DNA of 63,296 nucleotides, the filler included, from Reclinomonas americana ATCC 50394 (Eukaryota), in assembly GCA_048213135.1 (NCBI GenBank). It is 4 parts of 3 records of this genome, joined end to end, with 100 filler letters (N's around TTAATTAATTAA, not from the genome) between each part and the next. Parts side by side here need not be neighbours in the genome. Positions count along the whole stretch, not along the records: positions 1 to 25,676 come from PS015513.1; 3 more parts are not named here. The stretch is one strand, 5' to 3'. A program made the position numbers and the translations under genes. Below the pieces are notes generated by a model. The model was given only the letters and a program-made list of their open reading frames with translations. It searched no databases and had not been told where the DNA came from. Of this stretch, positions 1-12,600 are shown piece after piece; position 1 is the first letter of the stretch, and every line of letters starts with the position of its first letter.

Positions 1-1344
1 TGTGCGCGCATGACAGTGAGAGTGAGTGTCACATTTGAGGATGCTTGAGCGTGCAGACCGACTGGGCGTCGGCGATGCGAGCGGCCAGTGCTGGAGTGGA
101 GGCGTTGAGTGATTGCAGTGAGCCTCTGGCGCCCATGCTGCGGTGTCGATTGCTGTCGCGCAAGGCTCTGGCGGTGCATCAGTGCAAGCGACCGAGTGCA
201 GTGCTGCGCGATAGTTGCGTTTGTCTGTCTGTCTGTGTGCCTTCTCAGCTCCTCGTGCTGCTGTCGAGTTGACGCGTCTTGTCGGTAGCGCTGGCCATGC
301 TGAACTCGGTGTTTGAGGACGATGCGGAGGCGCTGTGGGCGTCGGTGGTGCAGCCGTTTCGAGAAAAGGAGCTGGAGTTGTCATTCTGGGTGGCGTGGGA
401 GGAATCGCTGCCGCTGTCGACGCTATCGGTGGCCACGCGACTGGCGATCTGTCGGCAGTGTGTGCGACTTGGCGAGTACGACGAGGATGTGGTGTTGAGA
501 GTGGTGGCGGCGGAGATGATGAGTCGGCATGGCGATGAGCTGTCGTTCTCGTTGGATGAGGTGTGCTCCGAGTCGATGCTGGGTGCCATGCTGGGCGGCC
601 TCATGGAGCGGTACCCGAACGCGGGCGAGTGGATCGCGTCGGCGTCTCGTGATGCACCCGAGCAGAACATGGTGTACAGTTCCGAGGCCGACGCCGTCCT
701 CGGCGTGTTTCGACGCATTGTGGATCACGGTGAGCACCTCACCTCCCTCCCCCCCCCTCTCTCGCCCCTCGTGTCTTCTCACTGTTGGAGAATGGGTGGC
801 AGGCGAGGATCGGCATCGGCAGGTTCTGCAAGACGACCGCCGTTTCGCTCTCATTCTCGGTTTCTACCTCATGTTTTCACTCAACATGGCCGAGCCGGCC
901 ATGGTGCTGGCACGTCAGCTGGTTGGCCTCGGTCGTTGCGTTGTGCCGTGTGAGTGTTGTTGTGGGTGAGGTTCATGTGCTCACCGCCGACTGGCATGCA
1001 GCCGAGTGGAAGCAGCTGCTGGTCGATCTGCACTTTTTCGATCGCATGCGCCACGTGACAGGCCTCGCCCGCACCCCCGACGAGCAGATTCAGTTGTACA
1101 AGCAGTTCCTGTTGGAGATGGGCTTCACCGAGGGTGAGGTATTTTGCTGTTGTTTTTGTTTTTGTTCTTCGTGTGCTCATCGCGATGCTGCGCGGCAGAC
1201 GTGTTGCCGGAGCGTGCGCCCGTTCAAGACCCGCTGCCACCAGCGCGTCCGGTCATGTCGCCTCTGGTACCAATGTCGGTGGAGTTGGTGCCGGAGCTGC
1301 CGGCTGGCCACCCGGCGAGCGAGGACTTCCCGATACCGCGTTGA
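1..1344 (+). CDS. Hypothetical protein, 3' part (5' end outside the window); about 5 exons
   Basis: Introns 214-288, ~731-790, 935-1001 and ~1134-1198 join the frames into ...LRD-TLAMLNSVFEDD...DH-EWVAGED...VGLG-PEWKQLL...FTE-DVLPER...FPIPR*. No family recognised. Confidence 0.7.
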
Positions 1345-1543
1345 CGAAGAAGATTCAGTGAATACGTACCCCCAGCAGCACAAGGAAGAAGAATCACCAT
1401 GATCGAGCAGGCAGTTGTCTGGCCAGCATCGACGTGCAGTCGTCGCGACATGATCGATCGTCTTCACACACAACGCACGCGGGTTTGAGAGAGCGGAGGC
1501 AGCTGCAACAACACTTCCAACGAATAGATTCACAGGGGAAATC

Positions 1544-2442
1544 ATGAGTGCTGCAACGGTGGCCCGCAATGTTCTTTTGCTCAGCTCGGGCATGTTGTTA
1601 CGAAATTCACACGATTGATTCTGGTGCAGAAAGAATAAGTTTCTCACAACGGTCGTCTTGTCATTGTTGCCAGTGGCCTGAGTGGCCTTCATCATCTCCT
1701 GTTCCCCGCCTCGGCGGCAAGCGTGCTGCTCGGTGCGTGCGCGCGCGTGTGTGTGTGAGTGTGTGTGCACGCAGAAAAGAAGCTCGAACGGGAGAATATC
1801 AGGCAGTTTCTGCGCTGACGTCCGCGCGCGCGCGCGCACGTGCGTGCTGTCGTTGCTGAACATGTGCATGTGTCTGTTGTGCCACAGGCGTCTCCAACCC
1901 CTCAGTGGAGCTCCGCACAGTGCTGCAGGTGCGTGTCAGTCGTTGAGGGTTCTTTCTGTTTGTGGGATCTATTCTTTTTATGTCCGTGGGGGATACAAGC
2001 TCTTCACGACCTAATTCCAACCACATTCCTGCAACTCCGCAGACTTCTGGATGCGCATTCCTGCTGCTGGCCGCCGTGCTGTTCTTGTTGCGTTACGAGC
2101 GAGTGAGCGACACTTCATACACGGACAGTGAGGGAACGAGAGCGCGATGTACATTTTCTTCGAGCCGCCCGATTTGTGTGTACGACCTAAAATGCGCACG
2201 ACAGCTTGCCAATCACCAAGATGGCGCTGCGTGCCGCCGGTACCGGATTCATCATCAGCGGCCTCGGCATGCTGCTGACGTTCTACAACATGTCGGTGGT
2301 CAGCACCATCTGTTGGATCCAAACCGGCCTGCATCTCGGATTTGGCATTGTTCTCCTCACGAATCCGGGCATGCATCTCCCCGCCATGCCACGCCTAATT
2401 CAGGGCAACGGCATTCACCAACCGGAGAAGAAGAACGAGTGA
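1544..2442 (+). CDS. Small four-TM membrane protein with a C-terminal KKxx ER-retrieval motif
   Basis: Five exons give MSAATVARNVLLLSSGMFGLSGLHHLLFP...GVSNPSVELRTVLQTSGCAFLLLAAVLFFLPITKM...QPEKKNE*, with four hydrophobic segments. Donors at 1597 (GTTACG) and 2087 (GTTGCG). Confidence 0.75.
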
Positions 2443-2715
2443 CGGAGGCAAAACGGCAAGGAGAAACGGTTGTGTGCGTGTGTGTGGGCAAGCCAGCGAG
2501 GTGAACAACAAGTGGACGCGTGGAAAGTCAGTGTATAGCTGTACTCCAGGGCATAGGATTATATAACGTCTTTACACATGGGCTAGTTGCGTAACCAAAG
2601 GACAGCGGGTACAGTGCGAAGAGTGGGGAACACAAGGGTAGAGGGAGAGAGAGAGTTAGAGACTGCAAAAGAGTGACACAAACAAAAGAAAAACCATTAC
2701 TCTACAGAGAAACCA

Positions 2716-3644
2716 TTATCGAACATGTGCATGCGCAGTCCGAGATCTCGTCGAACGCGCCACGGCCGCGGAGTTAGTCGTCGTCAACGATGCGGCCACC
2801 GTCTTGCTCGCACATTCTGCGGCTGCGGTGTTGGCATGGGCGGTGGTGGACATCACCGATCGGTAAGGACATTGTTGCAAGGCGAGCAGCGTCTGTTCGT
2901 ACGGCAGTGGCGCAGGCAGTGTGCGATACACGGACTCTGCGCTAGACATGCGTGCAATGGCGCCCGCGTCACCGCTATAGTACAGTTGCACGTCGGTCAA
3001 GTAGGCGCGCTGTTGTAGCAAACAGAGCGGTGATTAGCCCCCGAAGCGCACAGAAAAAAACTCGAGAAACAGAATCTCAGCGGTTCTCACTAGTACCTGC
3101 AGCGCGAGAGATACCGGAATGCATAATGGTACCGAGGAAAGAATAAGAAGAAGAAGGGAAGGAAGGAGGGTGTGGGAAGGAGGAGAGCGCAAGAGCAGCA
3201 GTGCGCGTGTGTGGTGGCTTTGCTGCATTAGGGTAAACAGGATTGGAACTGAAGAATTGGACGCCATTCGCCGACTCAACAGCCACACATCCCTTCCCTC
3301 TCACTCTCTCCCCGAGGGGGAGGAGAGAGCGGGCGTCACGCAACGCGAAAAAGAGACACACGGAAGCGAGAGAGAGAAAAGAAAGAGAGAGAGAGTGTGT
3401 GACTGAGAATCGAATGTCGGGAAACACACACACACACCAGTGACTGCAGGGCCTCGGTCACTCGCGGGTCGTCTTCGAGGCATGCCATCGCGTGTTCTTC
3501 TTGCTGATCAAAAGTCATGTGCGTTTGTGTTTGTGGTGTGGTGGTCTCCTCTCCCGACTTGCTCAAAACAGAAAAAATGTCAACAAATTCAGACAATAAT
3601 TTGTCGACGAACAAAGTTTGACAGAAATCAACAGAAAAAGGCAA
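2716..3644 (-). CDS. Possible hypothetical protein (exon structure unresolved)
   Basis: Coding-looking ORF segments at 2716-3021 and ~3437-3644 separated by GA/CA-repeat intron-like DNA. No motif. Confidence 0.3.
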
Positions 3645-4477
3645 CTGCCGACGAGTGTGAGTGTGAGGGTGTGTGAATTCGGGTACGAAGGTGGGGGTCA
3701 GACGTGTCGTGGCGAGAGAGAGAAGAATAATTGATCAATCGCGCGATAGTTGCCAAAAACGAGAATTGGCAAACTGTCGCGCTAATCTTTGTTGTTTCGC
3801 TCCTCTCCCGAGATGCCAATGTTAAATCTCCATGCGGCGCCTGTGCAGTGCAATACATAGGGGTCAAGCGAATGCCGAGTGCGGTGCCAGCGCACCGCGA
3901 CGAATTCCAAGAGCACATTTTTGTGCGCGTGCAGTGCGTTGCAGCACCCACCACTTGCGCGCTGTGCCACTTGGCGGACGCGCTCTGCCACACGGGGTTG
4001 AAGTCTCCCATTCCACTCGTCTCTGCTCATCCACTGCCTGGCACACTCTTCGAGCCGCATAGCATAAACTGTGCTATCGCGAAAGACCACCAATTCTGGG
4101 CAACGGTGGCTACGATGGGCAATCCTCGAGATCTCGGTATCTCGCAGCGCTAGCAAGCGAGCGTGCACGACCAGGTGGACCAGACGCACCACAAAACGGC
4201 GCCGATAGACCCGCACAGCCACTACAAGTACACCTTCTGCCACGCCACATTATCACGCACATACTGCCGACCCCTGACGCACAACTGCAACAACATGTGC
4301 GGCGACACCGCACAACCACAGATACGCCCCCTCGCCCGCACCTAGTGGATTCAATTCTCTCCGCCTCACGCACCCTTTCCTCGCAATACCTTTCTCGGCA
4401 AGCAGACAACAAGCGCACATCGCCCACCGCACAATTGAAAAGAATCGATACCGTATCGATATCTGCAGGGGTCCTCC

Positions 4478-5650
4478 TCACAGATCCCAGTCGCCCGACT
4501 CGTCGGTGTTGCGGATGGCACCACCTTCGTCGCCGTCGCCGCCGCCGCCCTCGAGTCCAGTTGGCGACATGGCCGGGTGTGAGACAGCGCGTGAGACGGC
4601 GGTCTCGGAGACCGTCATGGCCACCTGCGCGTCGGCACCGGTCAGGACCGCCTCGCGTCGCCGCCGCTCCTGCGAGATCTCCTCCAGAATGAACGCCGAC
4701 GCCATGGACTTGCCCGAGATCTGCGCCAGCATATCGCGCGCCCGCCGCGCCTCGCCCTCGGTCACACGCAGCAAGTGCTCCGATTGCGACACCACCAGCG
4801 CAATACGATCCAGCTGCTCATTCAATCGCCGCGCCGGCACCGTCACCTCCTTGTGCACGGCCTTGTGCAGATCACTGGCCGAGTGCTCCAGATCGCGCAG
4901 TCGCGTACCGAGGTTGGCCGGCGCATTCAAAATCTTCGGGCCACGCTTCACCATAAACGTAGTCACGCTCTCGCGCACACGATTGCCGAGCTTCTGCAGC
5001 CCGCGTGCCAGCGCGCTCTTCTTCTTCGGCTGCGGCGGTTCCTCTGCTGCTGCTGCTGCTGCTGCCTCAACGACCTGCGCATTCTCACCAGTCGGCTCCG
5101 CGACAACAGCAGCAACAACGACAGGTGCAGCGGTCGGCGACGGCGCAGCAGTGGCGTTCTTGTTGCGCGAGAACAGATTGCTAAAGCCGGTCTTGAGCCG
5201 GGAGAACATGCCTCCTCCGCCACTGCTCTTCCCACTGCTGCTGCTGTTGGTGTTGGAGGCAGCGGCGGTCGGCGACTTTTTCTGACTCTCCTCCGAGGCC
5301 GCCACTGTCTCGCGTCTGCGCTCCTCCAGCAACCGCCGCTTATCGCCCATGGCATCGCCGGGGTACGGTGGAGGCGGTGCTCGCTGCTGCTGCTGCTCAG
5401 GCTGTTGTCGCGCAGCTTCTCTCTCGCGCTGTGCCTGCAACTGCGCGCGTGTTCTCGCCGCCATGGCATCCAGCTGCGCATCACGCTCCACAATCGCCTC
5501 CAGACTGCTGCTGCTCGCCGACAGCTGCATCTCGCGCTCCTCGTCCTCCTCCTCTGTCGGCATCGACCCTGCCGTCCTCTCATCCTCCTCCATCTCCTCG
5601 TCCTCGTCGTCTTCTTCCTCTTCCTCGTCCTCTTCGTCATCCTCGCCCAT
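4478..5650 (-). CDS. Acidic N-terminus and coiled-coil protein (weak SNARE-like heptads near the C-terminus)
   Basis: Uninterrupted ~390-codon ORF MGEDDEEDEEEE...LNEQLDRIALVVSQSEHLLRVTEGEARRARDMLAQI...GDWDL*. Confidence 0.7.
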   Translation of the reverse strand: MGEDDEEDEEEEEDDEDEEMEEDERTAGSMPTEEEDEEREMQLSASSSSLEAIVERDAQLDAMAARTRAQLQAQREREAARQQPEQQQQRAPPPPYPGDAMGDKRRLLEERRRETVAASEESQKKSPTAAASNTNSSSSGKSSGGGGMFSRLKTGFSNLFSRNKNATAAPSPTAAPVVVAAVVAEPTGENAQVVEAAAAAAAEEPPQPKKKSALARGLQKLGNRVRESVTTFMVKRGPKILNAPANLGTRLRDLEHSASDLHKAVHKEVTVPARRLNEQLDRIALVVSQSEHLLRVTEGEARRARDMLAQISGKSMASAFILEEISQERRRREAVLTGADAQVAMTVSETAVSRAVSHPAMSPTGLEGGGGDGDEGGAIRNTDESGDWDL

Positions 5651-5979
5651 GACTGTAGACAGAGTGAGTGGCGAGTGAGGCACACAGACAGAGTGTGACA
5701 CGCACCTACACGCGCTCGTGTGGGCAACACGGCCACTGCGGGTGGAGGCACCACAGCGCGAGGAGCAGGCGCCTGCATATGAGTGTGTGAGTGTGTTAAT
5801 AGACACTCTCTCACACGTGCATGTGCGCGCTCACCGCAAAGTAGTCATCCTCCTCCTCCTCGTCGTCCTCACCGTGCGTCACCACTCCCTTCTTACTGCT
5901 CATGTTTGCCTGTCAGAGAGTCACACTCACAGTCTGTCAAATCAACGAGCTCTTCTTTCATTCTCTCTGTGTCTTTGTC

Positions 5980-6675
5980 ATGCGCGCCACTCTCCTCCTC
6001 CTCGTCCTGCTCATCGCTGCCACTGTGCTCGTCGCACTGTGCGCAGAGGCCGCGCGTATGCCCATGCCAGGTAACGCGCACATAGTCTCTCTCTTTCTCA
6101 CACTCGTTTGACACTCTGACACACACTGTGACACACAGGTGGCCAGTTCCCAGTGGGAGTTGCGTGCCTCTCATTAAGAGAAAGACAGAGAGAGAGAGAG
6201 ACAGAGATTGCGCGCGAATCATCTTTTCTCACTCATTCTCTCGCATGTAGTCGGGCGACCTTGAGCGCGAAGACATTGTCGCTGCTGCGCAGGTACTGTC
6301 CTCTCTTGCTCTTCTCCTTCTTTGACTTCTCTGTCTTCACACGTGCGCATTCTCCGAACACAACAGGCCGCTGTCTCGCACATTTCCTCGACACAGAATC
6401 TGCGCGTGCAGCTCAGCCGTGTCACGCGCGCGGCCACACAGGTTGTCGGTGAGTGAGCGCACTCAACTCACCTCTGCTCTCTCGTTGGCTTGTCACGCGC
6501 GCTCACCTCCTTCGCAGCCGGTCTGAACTATTACCTCACGGTGGAGCTCGACGAGCTTGGTGGCGCCGGCAACACCAAGCGCACCTACGATGTCGTCGTC
6601 TATCGCGGCTTTGATCGCAAGTACTCGGTCTCGCGTGTCTCGGAGGTCCACGAGACCAGCTTCGGTTCCGAGTAA
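5980..6675 (+). CDS. Secreted cystatin (cysteine protease inhibitor)
   Basis: Signal peptide MRATLLLLVLLIAATVLVALCAEA, N-terminal PGG and the QVVAG motif (split by an intron, QVV-AGLNYYLTV). Five exons, including a 20-nt exon at 6139-6158. Confidence 0.9.
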
Positions 6676-7629
6676 CTTCTCTGTCTCATCCTTTCCTTTC
6701 CCTCACAACCCGCCTGCCTGCTTGCTTGCCAGTGCGTTGTATAAAGAACANNNNNNNNNNNNNNNNNNNNNNNNNNNNNNNNNNNNNNNNNNNNNNNNNN
6801 NNNNNNNNNNNNNNNNNNNNNNNNNNNNNNNNNNNNNNNNNNNNNNNNNNNNNNNNNNNNNNNNNNNNNNNNNNNNNNNNNNNNNNNNNNNNNNNNNNNN
6901 NNNNNNNNNNNNNNNNNNNNNNNNNNNNNNNNNNNNNNNNNNNNNNNNNNNNNNNNNNNNNNNNNNNNNNNNNNNNNNNNNNNNNNNNNNNNNNNNNNNN
7001 NNNNNNNNNNNNNNNNNNNNNNNNNNNNNNNNNNNNNNNNNNNNNNNNNNNNNNNNNNNNNNNNNNNNNNNNNNNNNNNNNNNNNNNNNNNNNNNNNNNN
7101 NNNNNNNNNNNNNNNNNNNNNNNNNNNNNNNNNNNNNNNNNNNNNNNNNNNNNNNNNNNNNNNNNNNNNNNNNNNNNNNNNNNNNNNNNNNNNNNNNNNN
7201 NNNNNNNNNNNNNNNNNNNNNNNNNNNNNNNNNNNNNNNNNNNNNNNNNNNNNNNNNNNNNNNNNNNNNNNNNNNNNNNNNNNNNNNNNNNNNNNNNNNN
7301 NNNNNNNNNNNNNNNNNNNNNNNNNNNNNNNNNNNNNNNNNNNNNNNNNNNNNNNNNNNNNNNNNNNNNNNNNNNNNNNNNNNNNNNNNNNNNNNNNNNN
7401 NNNNNNNNNNNNNNNNNNNNNNNNNNNNNNNNNNNNNNNNNNNNNNNNNNNNNNNNNNNNNNNNNNNNNGGAGGGAGCAAGAGAGGGAGTGAGAGGGAGA
7501 GGGAGGGGGAGGGGGAGAGGGGGAGGGGGAGGGGGAGGGGGAGGGAGAGGGAGAAGGAGAGGGAGAGGAAGAGGAAGAGGGAGAGGGAGGGGAGAGGGGG
7601 AGAGGGAGTGAGGGAGAGGGAGCGAGAGA

Positions 7630-7965
7630 TAAGTCAGTGAACGAGAGAGCAAGTGACAGAGAGGAACGTCATCGCCAAGGAGATGCACCATGCACTGCAC
7701 GCACGAGTGCAAGAGCAAGAGCAAGAGCAAGAGAGAGAGAGAGAGAGCAAGGGATCAACAGCGAAAGCCATCGCCCACAAGAGCAAGAGAGAAGAGAGAG
7801 ACAGCAAGCGACAGAGAAGAGTGCAGTTGCCCAAGTGTGCACAAGTCAGTGAACAAGAGAGAGCAAGCGACAGAGAAGAATGCAGTCTCCCAAGAGATGC
7901 AACCCCAGCTGAGTACGCAAGAGAACAAGCAAGAGAGAGAGAGAGAGCAAGCGATCAACGACAAT
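7630..7965. repeat. Degenerate purine-rich tandem repeat in an intron
   Basis: Recurrent AGAGAGCAAGYGACAGAGAAGA.TGCAGT and AAGTCAGTGAAC units. Confidence 0.6.
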
Positions 7966-8054
7966 GCAGTCGTCCAACGTGCATGCACAAGTCGCATTCC
8001 CCTTCCTCCCCTTCTCCTCTTCCCCTTCTCACTCTCTCCGCCCGTGCACGCAAC

Positions 8055-8480
8055 TCCATGCCCCTCCAGTCGCATGTTTGGCGCCTGCAGACCGCTGGTG
8101 CGCTTGGGACCCTGCGCGCGATCCATCACAAATGAGACTCTCTCATTCATCACTTTTCTCTCTCACACACATGCACACACGCATAAGACAGTGCACAGAC
8201 GCAGAGCGACAGGCAAACCGCTGAGAGAGAGCGCGCACAACAGACATCAGCAAGTCATGTGCAACCCACACGCACGCACACGCGCGCTCTCTCCCTTTCT
8301 CTCACGTGTGCATGCATGCACATCGCTCTTCTCCGCCCTCTCTCTCTCTCTCACCAGCGAGACAAGTGCCTGCGTTGTGTTTGCCGAGGCCGATGAGGAG
8401 GCAAGCACCAGTGCGCCACCACTTCGTTGCCGCTTCACATCCAGACCGCCCTCTGCCTCGCCATCAGCCGCTCGCTTCAT
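8055..8480 (-). CDS. SNRNP40: U5 snRNP 40 kDa WD40 protein, first two exons only
   Basis: MKRAADGEAEGGLDVKRQRSGGALVLA...QALVSL joined to GPKRTSGLQAPNMRLEGHG, matching the U5-40K N-terminal motif (GPPRCSSLQAPIMLLSGH type). The WD40 repeats are not visible because of the gap. Confidence 0.75.
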
Positions 8481-8654
8481 CTTAGTCAACAAGAGTACGA
8501 TAGTCACAGCGATCGATCAATGGATCNNNNNNNNNNNNNNNNNNNNNNNNNNNNNNNNNNNNNNNNNNNNNNNNNNNNNNNNNNNNNNNNNNNNNNNNNN
8601 NNNNNNNNNNNNNNNNNNNNNNNNNNNNNNNNNNNNNNNNNNNNNNNNNNNNNN

Positions 8655-8775
8655 CCTTGCGCACATGCGGAGGAACGTACTTGCGCGGGCCGTCGCCCGC
8701 GCTCACGCCATCGGAGTGGGAAGAAGTGGTGTTGGTCTGGTCCGACCCAGAAGCCGTCTGGGTCACACCGTTGCC
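8655..8775 (-). CDS. Exon fragment with a KYVPPHVRK motif (unassigned, possibly an RNA-binding protein)
   Basis: The YVPPHxR motif occurs in DED1/DDX3, eIF3g and NOM1-type proteins. The fragment abuts an N gap. Confidence 0.35.
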
Positions 8776-9676
8776 TGTGGAAAAGAGGTCAGAGAGTGGT
8801 GAAGAGGAGATGGAGAGAGGAGATGGAGAGAGGAGATGGAGGAGGGGAGAAAGGAGAAGAGGGGAGTGTGTGAGGTTCTATAACGGGACACTCGGGGCGG
8901 TTTGAATGGCGCGAATCCCAATGTGCCAAGGATATTCTCTCGCCCCCGCTTCCTTTCAATCAGAGAAAACGAAAGGAGAGTGGCGAATTGTGACTACAGA
9001 GAGGCGGAGGGAGAAGGGAGAACGAGCGACAGGGAGAGGGAAAGTGAGTGTGGGTGGGCATGGAAATGCACGCGCGCGCGTACAAGACAACAACTCGACC
9101 GACAACAGCGATTGGTGGAGGAGGGAATCGAAAAGGAAGGAATCCCATGTGTGGAACAAGTGACAACACGAGAGTGAGAGAGGGGAAAGAGCGTGAGTGT
9201 GGGGTTTGTGCATGTGCAGATGTCCAACGGTTTCCATAACGGTCGACAACGGTGAGAGAAGAGAGTGCGTGGCGAGTGGGTGGCTAGTGTGTGGAGGGAG
9301 TTCGGCGAGGGTACGAACCATTGTGGGGATTAACGCTCATATATCAGAAAAAAGGGTTCAAAAGGCCTCAAAAGGAAGTTTGGCGATCGGTCCGTTGGTC
9401 GGCGTCAAGCGACGGACGGCCGGGACCAGCAGGACGAGTTCGTGCGAAGTTCAACAACGCAAGAACAATAACAACTTTCTATTCCAAACAGCAACACAGC
9501 TGCATGAAGATCACCATCCCAGAAACTGAGACATCACGGAAACGAGAAAAGTCGAGTGTCTGATGCTGGCGTCTCTGGAAAAAATCACGGCTCATCACAA
9601 GCATGGATTTGAAGCCAACCTCCTTCATTAATTAAACACCCGTTGTCTGTTTGTACACCATACAACAATTTACCCG

Positions 9677-12600
9677 TCATCCGCGACGGCTGGAGCCTGC
9701 CAAACCCACCAGCACATAACTCGACACCATGCCGATGCCCTTGACTGCATGCATGTGCCAGCAAAGGTGAGTGTGCGCGAAGGATGGACTATGCTGCACA
9801 CGCTTTACAACCACGCACCTTCCACACTGGCCGATTCAACATCAAACACACCGCGTGTCTTGCGGTGCGTCGCCTGTGTGTTTCACCATCATTGGTCAGC
9901 GACGACGAAGCCAAGTGCTCTTTTTCATCCCCGCTTCTTTCGCCCTCTCACCTCACTGATCTGGATGGCTCCCATGGGTGCGGAGCTCTCCATGCGCGAT
10001 GCCATGTTTACCGAATCTGACGCAAGATGAGAGAGACGTGGGAGAAAACGCGGAGCAATCAGCTGTCTCCAACCCCACTCACCGCCATACAAGTCGAACG
10101 TGCGAATGAGGCCAGCCACGATGCCCGACGTCACCGGGCCAGTGTTCACGCCGATGCGGAACTTGATCTCCAGTTGTCGCTGCGTGCCAAGTCAGACACA
10201 CGAAACACATGCAGACGAAGAACGAGCGGCTTTCACGAAACTCGCTGACACAAGTCCAATATGACCTGCTTGGCAGCCATCGTAAACTCCACCACCGCCG
10301 TGGCATGATCGTGACGCGGCACGTACATGCCCGACACGGCGAGGTATGCCGACCCTACGTGTACACGACACACACGTTGAGTTCTTGTGGGGAGGCTCGC
10401 TCCCTTTCTGTGTGGCACTCACCAATGGTCTTCACTCGCTCGATATTGTGCTGCTTCACGAGTCTGTCGAACGCGCTCAGCAGCACGTGCAACACCTCTA
10501 TCTTCTCCAGCAGCGACACTTTGCCGTCGCCACCCACTGCCCCTGCATGTCAACGCAGTTTGAGCAACACCAAGAAGATGCGATGCGTCTTTCACCCACA
10601 CACGACCACTGCACCTGCGCTGCCGGCTGCGTGCTGCACAGAGAGCACCTTGACAAATGTGCACGTCACTTCTGGGTGGAACTCAAACATGGTTGGCGTG
10701 TCGTCAATTACATGCTGTGGTGCGTCTGTCAGGTTGGAAGCATTCGGCGGAGAGGAGCGCCACATCAACGCACCGCATCAAGCATGTTGAGCGCGCTGCC
10801 GAACGACGAGGCGGTGAGCTTGTCGAGTGCGGGTCGAGGGAATGACACACCGAGCAACTGCGCCAGGCGATATGAGCCGAAAAACACACACACACACACA
10901 CACACTGATAACAACGGAGACCACCAAACCTCCTGCAAGTTGACATTGCGAGTGCGCTGTTCATACATCGCCTGCAGCTGCGAGTTGCGTTCCGAGATGC
11001 GCACCATGATGCGCTGTCGACCTTCCCACGCCGTCTGGAAGCCACGAACAAGCAGCGACACACTACGCCAGCATTCATCAAGTCAACAGGCACATACTCT
11101 TCTGCTCGCAGTACTCGAACGGTGCACGCAACACTTGTCCATCTTTCCGCGCAATCTCCATCTCGCAGCCACACCCCGACTGCACCACGTCGCGAAGAAC
11201 AAGCGGCCGCAGCAGTGTTTGCACGTTGGCGTGACCTGCGCACACCCATCACAGTTGAGGAGGGCAGTCGCAAGAACAGCAAGCACCGTCAGCGACGCAC
11301 CGGTCAGCTCCTCCACCGAGTACCCGAGAAGCCGCGGCACACCCATGTTGCACCACTCCACCTCTCCATTCTCGTCCGTCCACAAGAGCTGTGCACGATG
11401 AAATGGGATCATAAGCAACACTCGTTCTTTCTCTCTCTCTCTCATTAGATCATGGACACGCAACAGCATCGGTGGTCATGGACAGCAGGTTGGTGATTTC
11501 GTCGATTCGTTCCTCGTACGAGCTGCGCACCTTGGCCTCGTCCATATTGTTGCGCACCACTGCACAAAACATGCGCCCTCCCGGCACCATCACATCGAGG
11601 ACGTGGATGCGCACCGCAATCACTGATCCGTTCTTGCACAGCGCCTTCACCTCGCGCCCACTGTGCACGCACACAGTCAGTGGCGATCAACCAAATACTC
11701 TCGCGCCATCGCCATGTAACACCGCAACTGCAATGCCGCAGCGTGAGCTCGTTCACCAGTCTGCGAGTGCGTTGAGAGATACTGTGCCAGGTACCTGCAC
11801 GTACAACCAGCGACGATCAGATCTATATGCTATTACTCATACTCAATTGTCGCAACCTCGCTTGCACGCAACGAATCATGTCGTTCCGAGTGCGGTGCCG
11901 GCACCAGCATGCGAATGTTTCGACCAACCAGCTCGGCGGCGCTCGTGTAACCGAACAGTTGCACGGCAGCCTCATTCACTTCCTGCACAATGCCTTGCGT
12001 GTCGGTGTAGATGAGCCCGTCCGGCAGCGTGTGCACCATGGAAACCGTCTGCGGTAGTGCGATGATGAGCAAAAGCAAGTGGTTGTGCAAACTGTCCACA
12101 CGCTGCGTACCTTGGCCAGCCGCGCCGCGCCCTCTCTCAACGCAACCAACTTGTCTGCCGCCTCCATCATGGTGACGGCAAAGAATCGTCGTCCATTCAC
12201 CTCACACTCCACCACTGACAAGTCGACGGGCACCAGTCCACCGTCTCGATGGCACGCCTGCAGGAGTGCCTCATCAGCAACGGGCACACGCACGATTCTC
12301 AGGGCATGCACGCACCTCAGTGCGGCGCACAACCGTCAGCGGACGCCGTGTGGCTGCCGGTTGTGTCACGTGCCGGCTAATGTGTGCGTCGTGCACGGCG
12401 TGCAGCTGTGCCGGAATGAGAACCTGCACAGTACGATCCACCATGAGCACAGCTACCACCACCACCAGAGAGACACATCATCCGACCGCAAGCACCTTGA
12501 CGTTCTGGCCCACGATATTGTCGGCGGCATATCCCAGCACGCGCGTGACCATGCGATTGGCGAATTCGATAATGCCCTGCGTGTTGCGGCATGCATCAGC

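Noticed and set aside
270..272. In-frame stop between same-frame ORFs, suggesting stop-codon reassignment
   Set aside because: The stop lies within intron 214-288. Modelled genes end normally at TAA, TAG and TGA.
3731..4481. Possible small gene (+ strand MPSAVPAHRDEFQEHIF..., or - strand ORFs)
   Set aside because: I could not fix the strand or exon structure, and there is no recognisable motif.
6557..7730. Long ORFs that span N runs (also at 23.5-25.4, 32.6-34, 46.6-48.6 and 52-53.5 kb)
   Set aside because: They are artefacts of translating through assembly gaps.
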